Origin: Methanobacteriota archaeon
GTDB lineage: Archaea > Thermoplasmatota > E2 > DHVEG-1
Direction: 5' to 3'
NCBI GenBank assembly: GCA_963769885.1
Contig: CAVYNH010000006.1
Span: 288,001-352,000 of the forward strand
DNA: 64,000 nucleotides
Shown: positions 39,501 through 49,411 of the stretch, piece by piece
Layout: each line of letters begins with the position of its first letter
Numbering within the stretch: the stretch's first letter is position 1
The notes under the pieces: model-generated
What the model was told of the DNA's origin: nothing
The model's input: only the letters and a program-made list of their open reading frames with translations
The model's database searches: none
Made by a program: the position numbers and the translations under genes

Positions 39501-40619
39501 TTACACGGCTTCCACGTGCGTCTGCGCCCATTCCTTCGGCACGAACGGCGGCTTGACGACTTTTGCTGCGACCGGCTTGTCCCGCACCATGATCGACAGC
39601 ATCGTCCCCGGCTCACGCAGATCCTGGCGGACGTAGCCCATGGCGATGCCGGTGTTCAGGCACGGTGACAATGTCCCGCTTGTGACGACGCCGACCTTCG
39701 TATTCCCGGAGCGAATCTCGCAGCCGTGCCGCGGGATGCCCTTCTCAGTGCACTCCAGGCACGTCATCCGGTCGAATTTTCCATTGGCCTTCTGCGCCAG
39801 CAGCGCCTCCTTGCCGATGAACGGGTGCTCCCAGAAGACTGTCCAGCCTAAGGTGGCCTCCAGTGGCGTATGCCCGCCGGCGAACTCGTTGCCCGCCAGC
39901 ATGAACGCCTTCTCCAACCGCAGCGTATCCCGCGCACCCAGACCGACCGGCAGAATCCCGTACTCCTTACCCGCATCTAGGATTGCGGTGAAGACCCGCT
40001 CCGCACTCGAATTGGGCGTGATTTGTAATTCGAAGCCAAGCTCCCCGGTGTACCCCGTATGCGACAGGATGCATTCGACGCCGGCGACCTTCGTCGTCGT
40101 GCAGCCGAAGAACTTCACCGACGCCAGGTTCACCTCCGTCACTTTCTGCAGCGCCTCCTGCGACCGCGGCCCCTGCACCGCCAAAATAACGTAATCCCGA
40201 GAGACGTCCTTCACATCAGCCTTCAGGTTATGCGCCTTGGCCTGTTTCTGCAGCCACTCCGTCACAATCGCATTCATCCCCGCATTCGGAACCATCATGT
40301 ACCGATCCCCAAGATGCATGAAGATCGTGTCATCAATGATCGTCCCATCCTCACGCAGGATTTCGGTATACTGGCTGCGCTGATCCGCAATCCGCGCCGC
40401 ATCCTCAACAGTACAAAGAGAGATCAGCTTCTCTGCATCCCTCCCCGTGATCCACACGTTGCTCATATGCGACACGTCGAACAACCCGACGCGGCGGCGC
40501 ACCGCCAGATGTTCATCAAGAATCGACGAATACTGAATCGGCATCTCAAAGCCCACGAACTCCGTAAACCGCGCGCCGAGACGCACCTGCACCAGATACA
40601 AAGGCGACCGAATAGCCAT
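39501..40619 (-). CDS. gcvT: Glycine cleavage aminomethyltransferase T
   Basis: GLFDVSHM, VQGP, TGYTGELGFE, GLGARDTLRLE. Confidence 0.96.
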   Translation of the reverse strand: MAIRSPLYLVQVRLGARFTEFVGFEMPIQYSSILDEHLAVRRRVGLFDVSHMSNVWITGRDAEKLISLCTVEDAARIADQRSQYTEILREDGTIIDDTIFMHLGDRYMMVPNAGMNAIVTEWLQKQAKAHNLKADVKDVSRDYVILAVQGPRSQEALQKVTEVNLASVKFFGCTTTKVAGVECILSHTGYTGELGFELQITPNSSAERVFTAILDAGKEYGILPVGLGARDTLRLEKAFMLAGNEFAGGHTPLEATLGWTVFWEHPFIGKEALLAQKANGKFDRMTCLECTEKGIPRHGCEIRSGNTKVGVVTSGTLSPCLNTGIAMGYVRQDLREPGTMLSIMVRDKPVAAKVVKPPFVPKEWAQTHVEAV

Positions 40620-40713
40620 AATCTGAGACGCTCCCAGGGACCCATGAATACCAAAACCCTAGTTAACCATTTCGACAAACCCTTAAAACGCCAAGACCTT
40701 CCCTACATCCACC

Positions 40714-41376
40714 ATGCAGCCGACCCCGTACCCCGGCATCTACCGCCGCGCCGACAAGCTCTTCACCATCAACCCACCAGCCTGCCGCGGCACCCTCGTC
40801 TACACCGAACACCTCGTCACCGACGACGACACCGAATACCGCTCCTGGAACCCCTACCGCAGCAAACTCGCCGCCGCCCTCCTCAACAAACTCCCTGTCA
40901 CCATCCCCACCGACACCCCCATCCTCTACCTCGGCGCCGCCACCGGCACCACCGTCAGCCACATCGCCGACATCGACACAGGAGGCCTCGTCTACGCCGT
41001 CGAATGCGCGCCCCTCGCCATGGCCAAACTCCTCACCGTCGCCGAAAAACGCCAAAACATCATCCCGATTCTCGCCGACGCCAACCACCCGGACCGCTAC
41101 GCCGCCATCGTCCCACCCGTCAGCCTCGTCTACCAAGACATCGCCCAGCGCAACCAAGCAGAGATCTTCCTAACTAACTTAGACCGCTACCTCATCCCCG
41201 CAGGTCTCGGGATTCTGATGGTAAAAGCCCGCAGCATCGACGTCGCCATCCCGCCAAAACAGGCGTACGCCCAGGTCGCCGACAGCCTGCAACAAGGAGG
41301 CTATCGGGTAGAAAAAACCATGGACCTCGCCCCCTATGACAAGGACCATGCGGTGCTCGTCGTCCATCGCGGCTAA
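40714..41376 (+). CDS. flpA: Fibrillarin-like rRNA/tRNA 2'-O-methyltransferase
   Basis: YRSWNPYRSKLAAA, LYLGAATGTTVSH, YQDIAQ. Confidence 0.95.
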   Translation: MQPTPYPGIYRRADKLFTINPPACRGTLVYTEHLVTDDDTEYRSWNPYRSKLAAALLNKLPVTIPTDTPILYLGAATGTTVSHIADIDTGGLVYAVECAPLAMAKLLTVAEKRQNIIPILADANHPDRYAAIVPPVSLVYQDIAQRNQAEIFLTNLDRYLIPAGLGILMVKARSIDVAIPPKQAYAQVADSLQQGGYRVEKTMDLAPYDKDHAVLVVHRG

Positions 41377-42335
41377 ATCGTGATGCGGATCTCTTTGAGC
41401 ATCTTATTGATGCTGAAGATCGGCGCGTACGGCAAGAACCTCTTGTACTCATTGTTGGGGATGAGCGACGAGCGGCTCAGCTGCTGCGCCTTCGTGACAT
41501 GCTTGGTGATCTCCTCCAGGTACAGCTTCTTTATCTCTGAGGAGTTCCGCTGGATTTTTCGGCGGATCGCCTTGGCCTTCAACGACCCGTTCTTCGCATT
41601 CCGCTTCTCAAGCCGTGTCAACAAGGGGATGACGACGCTGTCGATCATCTCGCCTTTCTCGAGGTCCACGAGGTCGTCGGCCAGCTGGTACGCGAACCCG
41701 ACCTCACGGCCGTACTCGCCGAAGACGTCCGCCACGGGGTCCGGGGCGTTCGCCCAGTAGGCAGCGGCCTTGCAGGCCGCTGAGAACAGCGTCCCGGTCT
41801 TCAGGTCGATGATCCGGCTGTAGACCTTGAAGAACTTCGAGTCCACGGTGATGTCCGGGTTCTGCAGATCCTGGCTGTTGAAGTTAATCTCGTTGAGCTG
41901 CCCGTTCAGCGTCTCCTTCCACGCGTCGACGTAGAGCTTGGCGATCTTCTCGCCGTGGTTGATGGCGATGGTGAACCCGATGACCAGCATCTTATGCCCG
42001 ATGAGGATCGCGTTATCGATCCCCTTCTGGATGTAGAAGGCGGGCTCGCCGCGGCGGTTCAAATCGCCGTCGATGATGTCGTCATGGACCAGGGATGCGC
42101 CATGGGCCAGCTCGATGGCGACCGCGCCTTCGAGGAACCGTTGGTACAGCTCCGCGGTTTCTTTGCCGCTGGTGCAGGCTTTGAACGAGATCGAGGCGAG
42201 GAGCGGGCGGAGCCGCTTGCCTCCCTTAAGGATGTTGAGAATGTTCTGATCCTGAATGATCTGGGTGATTTTCTTCTCGACGTCTTCGTAGGAATGCTTC
42301 AGGAAAATCTCCAGTGGCAGTGAGTCGTCGTCCAT
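41373..42335 (-). CDS. trans-Polyprenyl diphosphate synthase
   Basis: GGKRLRP, HDDIIDGD..RRG, GQ, KTG, YQLADDLVD. Confidence 0.9.
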   Translation of the reverse strand: MDDDSLPLEIFLKHSYEDVEKKITQIIQDQNILNILKGGKRLRPLLASISFKACTSGKETAELYQRFLEGAVAIELAHGASLVHDDIIDGDLNRRGEPAFYIQKGIDNAILIGHKMLVIGFTIAINHGEKIAKLYVDAWKETLNGQLNEINFNSQDLQNPDITVDSKFFKVYSRIIDLKTGTLFSAACKAAAYWANAPDPVADVFGEYGREVGFAYQLADDLVDLEKGEMIDSVVIPLLTRLEKRNAKNGSLKAKAIRRKIQRNSSEIKKLYLEEITKHVTKAQQLSRSSLIPNNEYKRFLPYAPIFSINKMLKEIRITI

Positions 42336-42382
42336 TGGTCTTACCTGGCGTCAGAGTTTTGAGTTGATATGGACTACTATAT

Positions 42383-43224
42383 AATATAGTCTTCTGTGGA
42401 AGAGGCATAGACAGAATGTGCTTTTTCTCCTGAACTATTATGTCTTAAACCCCTCGACAGAATGATTTATCGTCTATCCCTCAAGCGATGTACCGATTGA
42501 CATTATTTTGTGCTTCTGTCTTCTTCAAGCAGTCCCTAAGCTCTTCTATGGACAGCCATACTCCAGTTTCATCGAGGCTAGAGCTTCCTTGATACTGTTT
42601 AGTTCGTCCTCTATGACAGTTAAACCTTTATTCATTGCATCCCCTCCTATTATGGACTATTTTATAAAGACTAGGAATAGTATTAAATCTGCCTTAAAAG
42701 ATAACTTCTTGGGGAAAGCAATGAAAAAGTTGCTTGTAGTCGGTGTGAGCATCCTTGCTGTATTTCTTATGGTTCTTGCCTCTCAAACATCTGTAGTGGC
42801 ATATAATCAAATTAAGTCTGCGTCTGATAAACCAATATCTATTCTTAAGACAATTCTCTCACGCACGCAAGATATTAAAAAGCTTGGTATTGGTAAAAGT
42901 ATCTACATCATCATCGCAGTCATTTTCCTTCGGTTCTTTTTATGGTTGTCTTTGAACTCGGGTTTGCCATTGTACTATGCATTTATTGATGCGGCCATAT
43001 GGCCTGTGTTCGTTGTAGTGGGTACGGGGTTGGTGGTATCCTTCCTTTTTCTCTGGATTTACGGATATATCTATTTAATCATCCACGGACACTTGCCTCC
43101 CTGGCTTTCCAACCCTCCCACGTTAAATCTAAAGAATTAGGGTAGGTTGAAGGAACTTCCTACCCATTTGATGTTATATTTCTTCCCAAAATAGCAGTTT
43201 TCTCCTTAAGGAATATAGTCTTCT
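42383..43224. mobile_element. Low-GC insert bounded by the 13-bp direct repeat AATATAGTCTTCT
   Basis: Repeat at 42383-42395 and 43212-43224. Confidence 0.45.
42721..43140 (+). CDS. Small secreted/membrane protein
   Basis: MKKLLVVGVSILAVFLMVLAS signal; hydrophobic C-terminus. Confidence 0.7.
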   Translation: MKKLLVVGVSILAVFLMVLASQTSVVAYNQIKSASDKPISILKTILSRTQDIKKLGIGKSIYIIIAVIFLRFFLWLSLNSGLPLYYAFIDAAIWPVFVVVGTGLVVSFLFLWIYGYIYLIIHGHLPPWLSNPPTLNLKN

Positions 43225-43247
43225 ATCCTGACAGAAGGGAATTCGCT

Positions 43248-43853
43248 TCAAGTCGGCAGCCTTCCCTTGGCTATAATGTAGATTTCCGAGCTGCTCTTGC
43301 GGGATGCCTGCGGGGAGTACCGCTTGACCTGGCGGAACCGGGCCCGCACCTGGGTAATAAACCCGGGGGTGTCCTCCCCCTCGAAGAGCTTGCAGACGAA
43401 GTGCCCGCCCGGCTTCAGCACGGCTTCAGCGACCCTGAGGGCCTGTTCGCACAGCCACAGGCTCCTTGCTTGGTCCACGGAATAGTTCCCGGTGATGTCC
43501 GGGGACATGTCAGAAATGACCTCGTCAGCCTTTTTCCCCTGGAGCCGGTCCAGTATTTCCATGTGTGTCGACTCCAGGCCGATGTCGCCTTGGATGACAT
43601 CGACGCCAGGGATGGGCGCCATCATGGAAATGTCGACGGCGATGACGCGGCCCTTCTCGCCGATTAGTTCGCAGGCCACTTGGCTCCAGCCGCCGGGGGC
43701 GGCGCCGAGGTCGACGACGATGTCTCCTTTAGAGAAGATGGAGAACCGCTGCTGGATCTGTTTCAGTTTGAAGGCGGAGCGGGCGCGGTAGCCGAGGGCT
43801 TTCGCCTCCCGATAATAATGCTCCCGCTTCTTCTCCTGGTACCACCGGGTCAT
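43248..43853 (-). CDS. rlmE: 23S rRNA Um2552 2'-O-methyltransferase
   Basis: YRARSAFKL, DLGAAPGGWSQ, SDMSP, ASRKSSSE. Confidence 0.95.
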   Translation of the reverse strand: MTRWYQEKKREHYYREAKALGYRARSAFKLKQIQQRFSIFSKGDIVVDLGAAPGGWSQVACELIGEKGRVIAVDISMMAPIPGVDVIQGDIGLESTHMEILDRLQGKKADEVISDMSPDITGNYSVDQARSLWLCEQALRVAEAVLKPGGHFVCKLFEGEDTPGFITQVRARFRQVKRYSPQASRKSSSEIYIIAKGRLPT

Positions 43854-43860
43854 AAATCGG

Positions 43861-44817
43861 TTACAGGATGATGTCGATGTCGAGCCGCTCGGCGAGCTCT
43901 TTGTAGCGGTTTCGTATGGTGACTTCGGTAACGCCGGCGACGTCTGCGACCTCGCGCTGGGTGCGCCGCTCGCCGCAGAGGATGCTAGCGATGTAAATAG
44001 AGGCTGCTGCGACGCCGGTCGGGCCGCGGCCGCTGGTCAGTTCCTTGTCCGCAGCCTCCTTGAGAATTTCGATGGATTTGGCCTGAACATCGCCGCTGAG
44101 CTTCAGCTCGCTGCAGAACCGGGAGATGTAATCTTGAGGAGATGTGGGCATGAGTTTGAGGCCGAGCTCTCGGGCGATGAAGCGGTAGGTGCGGCCGATC
44201 TCCTTGCGGGAGACGCGGCTGGAGGCGGCGATCTCGTCAAGAGTGCGGGGGACGTTGCATTGTCGGCAGGCGGCGTAGAGGGCGGAGGCGCTGACGCCTT
44301 CGATGCTGCGGCCGCGGATGAGGTTCTTGAGGACGGCCTTTCGGTAGACCATGGCCGCGGTCTCGCGGACGGTGCGGGGGAGGCCCATGCCTGAGGCCAT
44401 GCGGTCGAGTTCAGAGAGGGCGAAGGCGAGGTTGCGTTCGGTGGCGTCGCTGATGCGGATGCGGCGTTGCCATTTTCTGAGTCGGTAGAGTTGGGCGCGG
44501 TTGCGGGTGGGGATGGATTTGCCGTAAGAGTCGCGGTTTTTCCATCCAATCATGGTGGAGAGTCCTTTGTCGTGGATGGTGTAGGTCATGGGTGCGCCGA
44601 CTCTGGCCCGTTTTTCGCGTTGGTCGCTGTCGAAGGCGCGCCATTCGGGGCCGTGGTCGATGAAGTCTTGGTCGATGACGAGGCCGCAGTCTTCGCAGAC
44701 GAGTTCGGCGCGCGAGTAGTCTTTGCTGAGGTGGGTGCTGTTACATTCTGGACATTGGATGATTTCTTCGATGCTTTGGCGTTTTTCCTTTTTTTTCTTG
44801 GATTGCATTTGCACCAT
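43861..44817 (-). CDS. tfb: Transcription initiation factor IIB
   Basis: CPEC..CEDCG Zn ribbon, GPEWRAF, RGRS, cyclin repeats, [12 protein letters not shown]. Confidence 0.98.
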   Translation of the reverse strand: MVQMQSKKKKEKRQSIEEIIQCPECNSTHLSKDYSRAELVCEDCGLVIDQDFIDHGPEWRAFDSDQREKRARVGAPMTYTIHDKGLSTMIGWKNRDSYGKSIPTRNRAQLYRLRKWQRRIRISDATERNLAFALSELDRMASGMGLPRTVRETAAMVYRKAVLKNLIRGRSIEGVSASALYAACRQCNVPRTLDEIAASSRVSRKEIGRTYRFIARELGLKLMPTSPQDYISRFCSELKLSGDVQAKSIEILKEAADKELTSGRGPTGVAAASIYIASILCGERRTQREVADVAGVTEVTIRNRYKELAERLDIDIIL

Positions 44818-45056
44818 GCCGACGCCCCCAAAGAATCTATAATAAAGCTTTCGATATGCTTTTATGGCGCAATGACGTGTTTCTATTTAAGGCTTTGCCT
44901 TGTTCCGGGATGGTTCAGGCAGGCGGGTATTTAAACTTAGGGAGAACGCGGGTTTTCTTGCGTGGTCTTGTTGAATAGCCGTCTCCGGCTTGTTTTTGCG
45001 TTGACTTTGAGTCTGGGAATTTGTTTTTAGAAATACGAAAAAGGGGATCAGGATGG

Positions 45057-45740
45057 TTATGTGACCGAGCGGAAATTGACGTAGATGGACCCGGTGTAGG
45101 CGCCGGCGGCGGCGCCGTCGGGGATGTCGAAGGAGACCATGATCCAGACGAAGTCGCTGGTCCCGTTGACGGCATCGGTATCATTGTAGGATTCACGGAC
45201 GTGGGCCGCGGCGTCCCAGGGGGTGGGAGTGGCATTGCCCCCGCTGATGCTCATGTTGCTCATGTTCTGGTCTCCGGCGGCGAAGAGCCAGGTGTTGGAG
45301 GCCGTGGTCTCGCCGGCGATGGGGCCTTTATTCCAGAGCGGGACTAGGGTGTCGGTGTTCTTGTCGCGGTCTGCGTGGGCCCAGACGAGCATGTAGTCCG
45401 CGGGGCTGGAGACGACGGTGATGTTGGTGAGGTAGATGGGGAAGCGTTCTTCGTTGACGATGCCGAAGGCGGCGGTGTAGGTTTTGTTTTGGTTTTCGGT
45501 GAGGTTGAGGCCGAAGGTGAGTTTGAGGTTTTGGTGGCCGCTGGTGTTGTCGCCATCGACTCTGAGGATGAGGATGCCGTCGCTGGCGTTGTCGCTGCCG
45601 ATGAAGCGGATGTCGGCGTTGCTCGGGTGGACGAGGTTGTAGGAGTAGGTCATTTTGGTCGTGGCGAACTGGGTAGCCATGGTCATACTTAGCACAATCA
45701 GCATGATGCCGATAAAAGCTAACCGTCTATCAATTCGCAT
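45057..45740 (-). CDS. Secreted/surface protein
   Basis: Signal MRIDRRLAFIG; sequons; YTGSIY.NF terminal strand. Confidence 0.75.
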   Translation of the reverse strand: MRIDRRLAFIGIMLIVLSMTMATQFATTKMTYSYNLVHPSNADIRFIGSDNASDGILILRVDGDNTSGHQNLKLTFGLNLTENQNKTYTAAFGIVNEERFPIYLTNITVVSSPADYMLVWAHADRDKNTDTLVPLWNKGPIAGETTASNTWLFAAGDQNMSNMSISGGNATPTPWDAAAHVRESYNDTDAVNGTSDFVWIMVSFDIPDGAAAGAYTGSIYVNFRSVT

Positions 45741-46009
45741 CCATCCACATCCCAACGCATCCTAGTTGGGCTATGAATCCGTGTGCAGGTATTTAAAATT
45801 GATTATCCCTTGTTATGTTATTTTTTTCAGGTTTTTTTCCTGGGCGGCGGCAGAATTGTGAGACGGGAAAAAGGTGGGATAATGGGTAGAAGGGTTCACC
45901 AGCCTTGGGTTGAAGGCCGTCAGGTCGAGGTGCGCCTAGAAAGCAATAAATAGACGATGGGCGATGCCCTTAACCGGTAACTACGAAGTAGTTAGGGGAT
46001 GATTATCCA

Positions 46010-46318
46010 ATGCGCCTCATGATCCCACCAGAACCCACCATACTCAAACCACGAACAACCACCGCCACCACCTGGGACATCGACTCCCTGGGGATGTGGT
46101 TCGGCAACCAGCTCCCCCGCTACCTCTGGAAGGACGCCGGCTGGTCCCAACCCCTCAAGGCCGAAGGCTACACCTGGCAAAGCTTCCTCAAAGTCCTCTC
46201 GCTGCACAAGAAAGAGATGATCCAATGGGCACGCCACGCCCTCAGCTGGACCGACTTCCTCCGCAGCCTCCAACAAACCATCCAAGACCCCGTCTTCAAA
46301 AACCTCATCACCCACTAA
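46010..46318 (+). CDS. Trp-rich hypothetical protein
   Basis: WFGNQLPRYLW..W..LK..G.TWQ.F; 14 bp upstream of the radical SAM gene. Confidence 0.75.
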   Translation: MRLMIPPEPTILKPRTTTATTWDIDSLGMWFGNQLPRYLWKDAGWSQPLKAEGYTWQSFLKVLSLHKKEMIQWARHALSWTDFLRSLQQTIQDPVFKNLITH

Positions 46319-46332
46319 GAGACGAACCACCT

Positions 46333-47964
46333 ATGACCAAAACCCGCGGCACCCCCATCGTCCTCACCGCCTCCCGCGCCGAAGCCAACGAATACGACAA
46401 CAACCCCTTCGCCGCCTTCATCTGCACCTTCCCCCACAAACTCTCCGGCCTGTACCTCCGCGACCACCTCGAACACCTCCCCAGCAACCCCGACGGCACC
46501 GCAACCAGCACCATCTACGGCCTGCGTAAAGTCGAAGCCCTCCTCGCCGACGCCTTCGGCCCTGAGACCGTCGCCGTCGCCCACTACGACATGCTCGACC
46601 GCTTCATCGGCCCCGACACCAAGATCGTCGCCGTCAGCACCATGGACCCCATGGGCCTCGCCTACGTCTCCACCACCTACAACTCCCTCATCGGCTTCGG
46701 CGGCGAAGCCCTCAACGCCAGCGAGTTCAAACTCCTCATCAACCACCCCGCCATCCGATGGTACAAGCCCAAGCTCGTCGTCGGCGGCGCCGGCGCCTGG
46801 CAGATCGCCGAGGCCGGCAAGCAACACGAGTTCGGCATCGATGTCCTCTTCCAAGGCGAAGCCGAAGACGACCTCGTCCCCCTCTTCAAAAAACTCCTCA
46901 GCAACGACCCCGTTCCCCCCGTCGTCACCGCTAAAAAACCCGACCGCACCCACATCCCCCTCATCCAGCACGCCGCCAGCTACGGCATGGTCGAGATCAC
47001 GAGGGGCTGCGGCCGCGGCTGCCAGTTCTGCAGCCCCACCAACCGCACCAAATACAGCGTCCCCCTCCCCTTTATCATGAAAGAAGTCGCGGTCAACGTC
47101 AACAGCGGCAGCCACTCCATCTTCACCGTCACCGAAGACATCTTCCTCTACAAATCCAAGCCCAACTTCGTCCCCAACCGCCCCGCCATCGTCGAACTCT
47201 ACAACACCATCGCCCGGTACCCCGGCGTCGACAACATCCTCCTCTCCCACGCCTCCCTCGCCCCCGTCATCTACGACCGCAAACTCCTCGACGAACTCTC
47301 CCCCATCCTCCTAGAAAAAACCAAATGGCGCCCGGAAACCAGCAACCTGTACAAAAAACCCTTCGTCTCCGTCGAAGTCGGCATCGAGACCGGCAGCGTA
47401 CGGCTCATGAAACAGCATATGAAAGGCAAAGCCCTCCCCTACACCGTCGACAACTGGCCCCAGCTCGTTCTCCAAGGCGTCGGCGCGATGAACGACTACG
47501 ACTGGTGGCCCCTCTGCACCATCATGACCGGACAGCCGGACGAGACCGAAGCCGACGTCAGAGCCACCCTCGACCTCATCGACGACCTCCGCAACCACAA
47601 CGCCAAGATGTTCTACACCCCCGTCCTCTTCATTCCTCTACAAGACGCGGTCCTCGGCAACCAACGCCGCACCAACCTCAAGAACCTCACCGAGCTACAA
47701 TGGGAGGTCCTCGCCAAATGCTGGCGCAACAACATCGACTTCTGGAACCCAGACATGAAATGGCTCTACCACCCCATGTTCTTCTTCAGCCACTGGTTCT
47801 ACGCCCGCTGGCGCCACGGCAAAAAATCCACCTGGCCCATGATGCACCTCTCCGGCTTCCCCCTCAACAAACGCGTCGACCGCCCCTGCGTGCCGGAGTA
47901 CTGCCAAAACCTCCACCCCAGCATCTCGTCGCAGCTCTTCAACGGCTTCCTCCGCCGCCGCTGA
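46333..47964 (+). CDS. B12-binding radical SAM, GDGT ring synthase (Grs)-like
   Basis: IVLTA, YGLRKVEA, MDPMG, VGGAGAWQ, GEAE, EITRGCGRGCQFC, GIETGS. Confidence 0.75.
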   Translation: MTKTRGTPIVLTASRAEANEYDNNPFAAFICTFPHKLSGLYLRDHLEHLPSNPDGTATSTIYGLRKVEALLADAFGPETVAVAHYDMLDRFIGPDTKIVAVSTMDPMGLAYVSTTYNSLIGFGGEALNASEFKLLINHPAIRWYKPKLVVGGAGAWQIAEAGKQHEFGIDVLFQGEAEDDLVPLFKKLLSNDPVPPVVTAKKPDRTHIPLIQHAASYGMVEITRGCGRGCQFCSPTNRTKYSVPLPFIMKEVAVNVNSGSHSIFTVTEDIFLYKSKPNFVPNRPAIVELYNTIARYPGVDNILLSHASLAPVIYDRKLLDELSPILLEKTKWRPETSNLYKKPFVSVEVGIETGSVRLMKQHMKGKALPYTVDNWPQLVLQGVGAMNDYDWWPLCTIMTGQPDETEADVRATLDLIDDLRNHNAKMFYTPVLFIPLQDAVLGNQRRTNLKNLTELQWEVLAKCWRNNIDFWNPDMKWLYHPMFFFSHWFYARWRHGKKSTWPMMHLSGFPLNKRVDRPCVPEYCQNLHPSISSQLFNGFLRRR

Positions 47965-47983
47965 GACGAGCAGCAGAAACGGC

Positions 47984-49327
47984 TTAGCTGCCGAAAAACG
48001 CCTTATAGGCAAGGTACGACGAGTAGAGGTCCACCTTACTCGTCAGCTCGAACGGCGAATGCATCGACAGCACGGCCGGGCCCATATCGATGACCTCCAT
48101 CCCCAGCCGGGAGATGTACTTCGCCACGGTCCCGCCCCCGCCCCGGTCGACCTTCCCGATCTCCCCGGTCTGCCACGGCACCCTCGCCTTATCCAACATC
48201 GCGCGGATCTCCGCGACGTACTCCGCCGAGGCGTCGTTCGCCGAATACTTCCCCCCATGACCAGAGTACTTCGACATCGCGATCCCACAGCCCAACGACG
48301 ACGCGTTCTTCACCTCAAATACCTCAATGTAGTTCGGCGTCACCGCCGAGTTCACATCCGCCGAGATCGTCCGCGAATGTAGCAAGACCGTGTCCACATC
48401 AGCCTTCGCATCAACCTCATGAATCAAGGAGCGCAAGAAGACCTCAGCCTGCGCGGTCGTGTTCCCCTCACTGCCAATCTCTTCCTTGTCGACGAACAAC
48501 GCGATCGCCGTATGCGCGGGACGCCCGGTATCACAGACGGCCTTCAACGCTGCGTACGCGGACGCCCGGTCATCCTGACCGTAACCGCCGACCAACGACC
48601 GGTCGAAGCCGACGTCCACAGCCTTGAGCGCGGGGACCGCCTCAAGCTCCGCTGAGATGAAATCATCCTCAGTAATCCCATAGTCCTTATGCAGCTTCTC
48701 AAGAATTGCGGCCTTGATCTTCTCCTTGACATCCCGTTTCACCGGCTGGCTGCCGACGACGATATCAAGGCTCTCCCCCTTGATCGCTTCATCCAGCTTC
48801 TTTTCATCCTGGACTTCATGCGCCAGATGCGGCAGCAGGTCGCTGACGGAGAACACCGGATCCTGGGGGTCCTCCCCAAGTGAAAAAGTGATAGTCTCCC
48901 CGTTCTTCTTCACGATGACCCCGTGCAAGGCGAGCGGGATTACCACCCACTGGAACTTCTTGATCCCCCCATAGTAATGGGTCTCAAAGAGTGCTAAATT
49001 GCTCTCCGAATCCTGATACAGAGGGATTTGTTTAAGGTCCAGACGCGGTGAATCAATATGGGCGACGACAAGGCGGATGCCCTCCGCCAGCGGCTTGCTT
49101 CCCGGAACGACGACGGCCGCAGCCTTCCCGCGGTTGACCGTGACCTTCTTCTTGGCTTTCCTCGCTGTCTTCTGGATGAGTGAGACCGCCTCGCGTTCGG
49201 TCTTCGCCGCGTTCAGAAACGTGATGTAGTCGCGTGCGTACGCGAAGGCTTCCTCGACCTGGGCTTTCGAGAACAATTCCCAGGCGGTCCTCTTCTTATA
49301 TGCGTATCTGCTCTCCGCCTCTGCCAT
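47984..49327 (-). CDS. M18 family aminopeptidase
   Basis: AHIDSPRLDLK, HYYGGIKK, YGQDDR, DKEEIGS, GGGGT, MHSPFE. Confidence 0.92.
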   Translation of the reverse strand: MAEAESRYAYKKRTAWELFSKAQVEEAFAYARDYITFLNAAKTEREAVSLIQKTARKAKKKVTVNRGKAAAVVVPGSKPLAEGIRLVVAHIDSPRLDLKQIPLYQDSESNLALFETHYYGGIKKFQWVVIPLALHGVIVKKNGETITFSLGEDPQDPVFSVSDLLPHLAHEVQDEKKLDEAIKGESLDIVVGSQPVKRDVKEKIKAAILEKLHKDYGITEDDFISAELEAVPALKAVDVGFDRSLVGGYGQDDRASAYAALKAVCDTGRPAHTAIALFVDKEEIGSEGNTTAQAEVFLRSLIHEVDAKADVDTVLLHSRTISADVNSAVTPNYIEVFEVKNASSLGCGIAMSKYSGHGGKYSANDASAEYVAEIRAMLDKARVPWQTGEIGKVDRGGGGTVAKYISRLGMEVIDMGPAVLSMHSPFELTSKVDLYSSYLAYKAFFGS

Positions 49328-49411
49328 ACCGATGTCCTCTCCGGTCACCCGAACCTACTCGGACCATAAAAAGATAGCGAAAGAACAGAAAAAAAATGAG
49401 GGATGGCGGGG

